Source: Terriglobales bacterium
Lineage (GTDB): Bacteria > Acidobacteriota > Terriglobia > Terriglobales > Acidobacteriaceae
Length of the DNA: 64,000 bases
Reading direction: 5' to 3'
NCBI GenBank assembly: GCA_035487295.1
Contig: DATHMH010000015.1
Coordinates: forward strand, 97,275-161,274
The notes below the pieces were generated by a model. The model worked only from the letters and a program-made list of their open reading frames with translations. It did no database searches and was not told the origin of the DNA. Shown piece by piece: positions 62,254-64,000 of this stretch; position 1 is the stretch's first letter, and every line of letters starts with the position of its first letter. The position numbers were made by a program, and so were the translations under genes.

Positions 62254-63041
62254 AAAATAAGCGTCCAGTTGTCCTGGTTGTGACCCGCCGCATGATTCGC
62301 AAGGACAAGTATGTGGATTTCCTGGGCGAATACCACCTCGAACTCCTCATTCAAATGGGGACCTTGCCGGTGATGATTCCTGTGGTGGAAGGCACACTGG
62401 CATGCATGGCCGGCTACATGAAAGAAATGAAGGGGCTCCTGCTGGTCGAAGGCGAGGACATCGATCCTGCCGATTACAAGGGAGGCCAGGCCAACCGCAA
62501 ATTCGCCGAAGAGACGCACCCCCTGAAAGACAAGATTGAAATTACACTGATTCGCCACGCTTTGCGCCACAAGCTTCCCATTCTTGCGATATGCAGAGGA
62601 TCGCAACTGGTGAACGCGGTTTGTGGAGGAACGTTGTATGGCGACGTGCAAAAAGAAAAAAAATCGCACGTCAAGCACATTGATTATGACCACTACGACA
62701 ACTATCGGCACGCAGTCACGATCGTTCCGGGCACTCCGCTGGAGCAGTGGTACGGTCAAGACACCATACGGGTCAACAGCTACCATCATCAGGGGACGCG
62801 CGATTTAGCACCGCGTTTCAAGCCCATGGCATATGCCGAGGATGGGTTGCTGGAGGCGTACTACGATCCCAAGGCGAAGTTTCTGGTTGGGTTGCAGTTT
62901 CATCCGGAGCGCATGTTGAAGGATTACGCGGGTAATATGGAAGTGTGGAAGGCCTTCGGATCTGCGATTCACGAGAGCGCCTGGGCTAAAGCCGGGGCTC
63001 CCACCGTACGCCGGGCGCGGCGCAGTAGCGCTAGCGGGTGA
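62250..63041 (+). CDS. Class I glutamine amidotransferase-like / peptidase C26 (PuuD-type gamma-glutamyl hydrolase) protein
   Basis: 263 aa. It has a nucleophile elbow (LAICRGSQLVNAVCGGTLY) and a His/Glu pair (VGLQFHPE). There is an ATGA overlap with the aminotransferase gene. Confidence 0.7.
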   Translation: MKNKRPVVLVVTRRMIRKDKYVDFLGEYHLELLIQMGTLPVMIPVVEGTLACMAGYMKEMKGLLLVEGEDIDPADYKGGQANRKFAEETHPLKDKIEITLIRHALRHKLPILAICRGSQLVNAVCGGTLYGDVQKEKKSHVKHIDYDHYDNYRHAVTIVPGTPLEQWYGQDTIRVNSYHHQGTRDLAPRFKPMAYAEDGLLEAYYDPKAKFLVGLQFHPERMLKDYAGNMEVWKAFGSAIHESAWAKAGAPTVRRARRSSASG

Positions 63042-63657
63042 CAATCTCGAAGTCAATCTTGATTTCGTCTTTCACCTTTACCGTTCCGCCGGCGATGCTG
63101 ACCGGTTTGATGCCGAAGGCGCTTTGTTTCAGGCTGGCGGCCCCGTTGTAATGGTGAACTTTAGGGCGAGGGCTGGATGCACTCACCTCTTCCGCCGGCT
63201 CGCTCACCTGCACCGTGACCGGACGCGATTGGCCATGCAACTTCAGGTTGCCGGTTACGAACCAATGGCCGCTCTTGTCGGACTGCACCGATGTGGAGCT
63301 GAACTCAATCAGAGGATAGTGAGCACTGTCTAAAACGTCAGGTCCAAGCATCTTCTCCTGCACCTGGGCGCGCTTGGCAGAATCCATTTTAGGGTCAAGG
63401 ACCTGCATTTTGGCGGTCTCGACCTGGAATTCGACGCTTTTGGCGGCCTCGTCAACTTTCCCTTTACTAATGGGCGCGTTAATCTCGTGGTTGTCGCCGG
63501 TGAAGCCGAACACGCCTCCGCGCTGAACGTGCACGGTGATGGAAGAATGCGCGACGTCAATTTCTGAAGGTTTAGCGGTAGGAAGCGGTTTTGCGAAACA
63601 CTGGCGGGCAACCGACAGGGCAACAATAAGCGCGAAAAATCGGAAGCAAGTACGCAT
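63031..63657 (-). CDS. YceI-family periplasmic polyisoprenoid-binding-like protein
   Basis: Track ORF 63031..63726. The ATG at 63657 gives a signal peptide, MRTCFRFFALIVALSVARQCFA. The YceI pattern is SSITVHVQRGGVFGFTGDNHEINAPISKGKV…GNLKLHGQSRPVTVQV. Its 3' end overlaps the convergent gene by ~11 nt. Confidence 0.7.
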   Translation of the reverse strand: MRTCFRFFALIVALSVARQCFAKPLPTAKPSEIDVAHSSITVHVQRGGVFGFTGDNHEINAPISKGKVDEAAKSVEFQVETAKMQVLDPKMDSAKRAQVQEKMLGPDVLDSAHYPLIEFSSTSVQSDKSGHWFVTGNLKLHGQSRPVTVQVSEPAEEVSASSPRPKVHHYNGAASLKQSAFGIKPVSIAGGTVKVKDEIKIDFEIVTR

Positions 63658-63903
63658 GGCACACTCCAGGTAATTCGATTCGACGAAAGATGGCAGACCA
63701 TGTGCAAAGCAACAGTTCTCCTGCATTCTATTCCGTTTCCAGAGTCATAGAAAAAAATTTCCTTCTGAATAGAAAGAATTTTTGCAAAAATTTTAACTAT
63801 GAATGGTATTTTTCACAGAGAGTAGCGTTATGATTTTAAAAACGCGAAGCAACGCCGGATCATCCGGGGCTTCCGTATAAAGTCAATATTAGGAGATACC
63901 CTC

Positions 63904-64000
63904 ATGCCAAAAGCAAAAGCCGCCAAAAAACCCCAATCCGTAGCCAGCGAGAATAATGATTCTCATCCTAAAGCCTCTATTGTGGCATTCGAATCGCACG
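63904..64000 (+). CDS. 5' end of an unidentified ORF running off the right edge
   Basis: An RBS (aggaga) lies 7 nt before the ATG. Own translation gives MPKAKAAKKPQSVASENNDSHPKASIVAFESH… Only 32 codons are visible. Confidence 0.3.
   Translation, partial: MPKAKAAKKPQSVASENNDSHPKASIVAFESH

Overview
This is 64 kb of a G+C-rich bacterial chromosome. The gene content looks acidobacterial (Terriglobia-like): a CarboxypepD_reg-type TonB-dependent receptor, a Ser/Thr kinase fused to a TolB-like propeller, a TIGR03118-type protein, a very long Pro-rich TonB, and an Omp85+TamB pair. That taxonomic call is inference only.

Most of the window is ordinary housekeeping:
- Envelope and stress: Omp85/TamB, an RNB ribonuclease, GlsB- and YciE-type stress proteins, rlpA, TonB, a TonB-dependent receptor, YceI.
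- Signalling: a CheB plus CheR-PAS pair and the Ser/Thr kinase.
- DNA and nucleotide functions: recJ, HIT, mutY.
- Secreted or redox enzymes: a three-gene matrixin protease operon, a redoxin, an M28 peptidase.
- Transport and metabolism: a kdpE / kdpFABC locus next to tRNA-Pro(UGG), ugd, leuA-leuB-leuC-leuD, and an aminotransferase/amidotransferase pair.

The observations most worth a second look are:
1. An AT-rich three-gene cassette wedged after leuD: a SpoU-fold methyltransferase, an unknown ~125 aa protein, and a PF10137-type TIR-like protein. It fits no named TIR defence system, and its TIR-like gene carries a 1-nt frameshift near the 3' end.
2. A 766 aa protein with a divergent class III nucleotidyl-cyclase domain behind a ~490 aa helical N-terminal region.
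3. An atypical kdp locus. There is no kdpD. It has a stand-alone USP-like first gene, an extra hydrophobic micro-ORF before kdpF, a KdpC carrying a ~150 aa insertion, and 11-bp-phased TTTAT(G/A)/TTTACG direct repeats that look like KdpE operators.
4. A family of intergenic degenerate heptanucleotide tandem arrays (STRR-like). These also build the arms of two ~160-220 bp inverted-repeat elements bracketing the HIT gene.
5. A 1.2 kb non-coding gap with an orphan intrinsic terminator, which may mark a small RNA.
6. A perfect 35-bp tandem duplication carrying two perfect TTGAT-N4-ATCAA palindromes next to tRNA-Pro.

ORF coordinates follow the supplied track. Hand-derived coordinates (start refinements, repeats, hairpins, tRNA, micro-ORFs) may be off by 1-2 nt, because my manual counting disagreed with the track by 1 nt around 59.2-59.9 kb. 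No database search, fold prediction or composition calculation was run. All family assignments rest on motif recognition.
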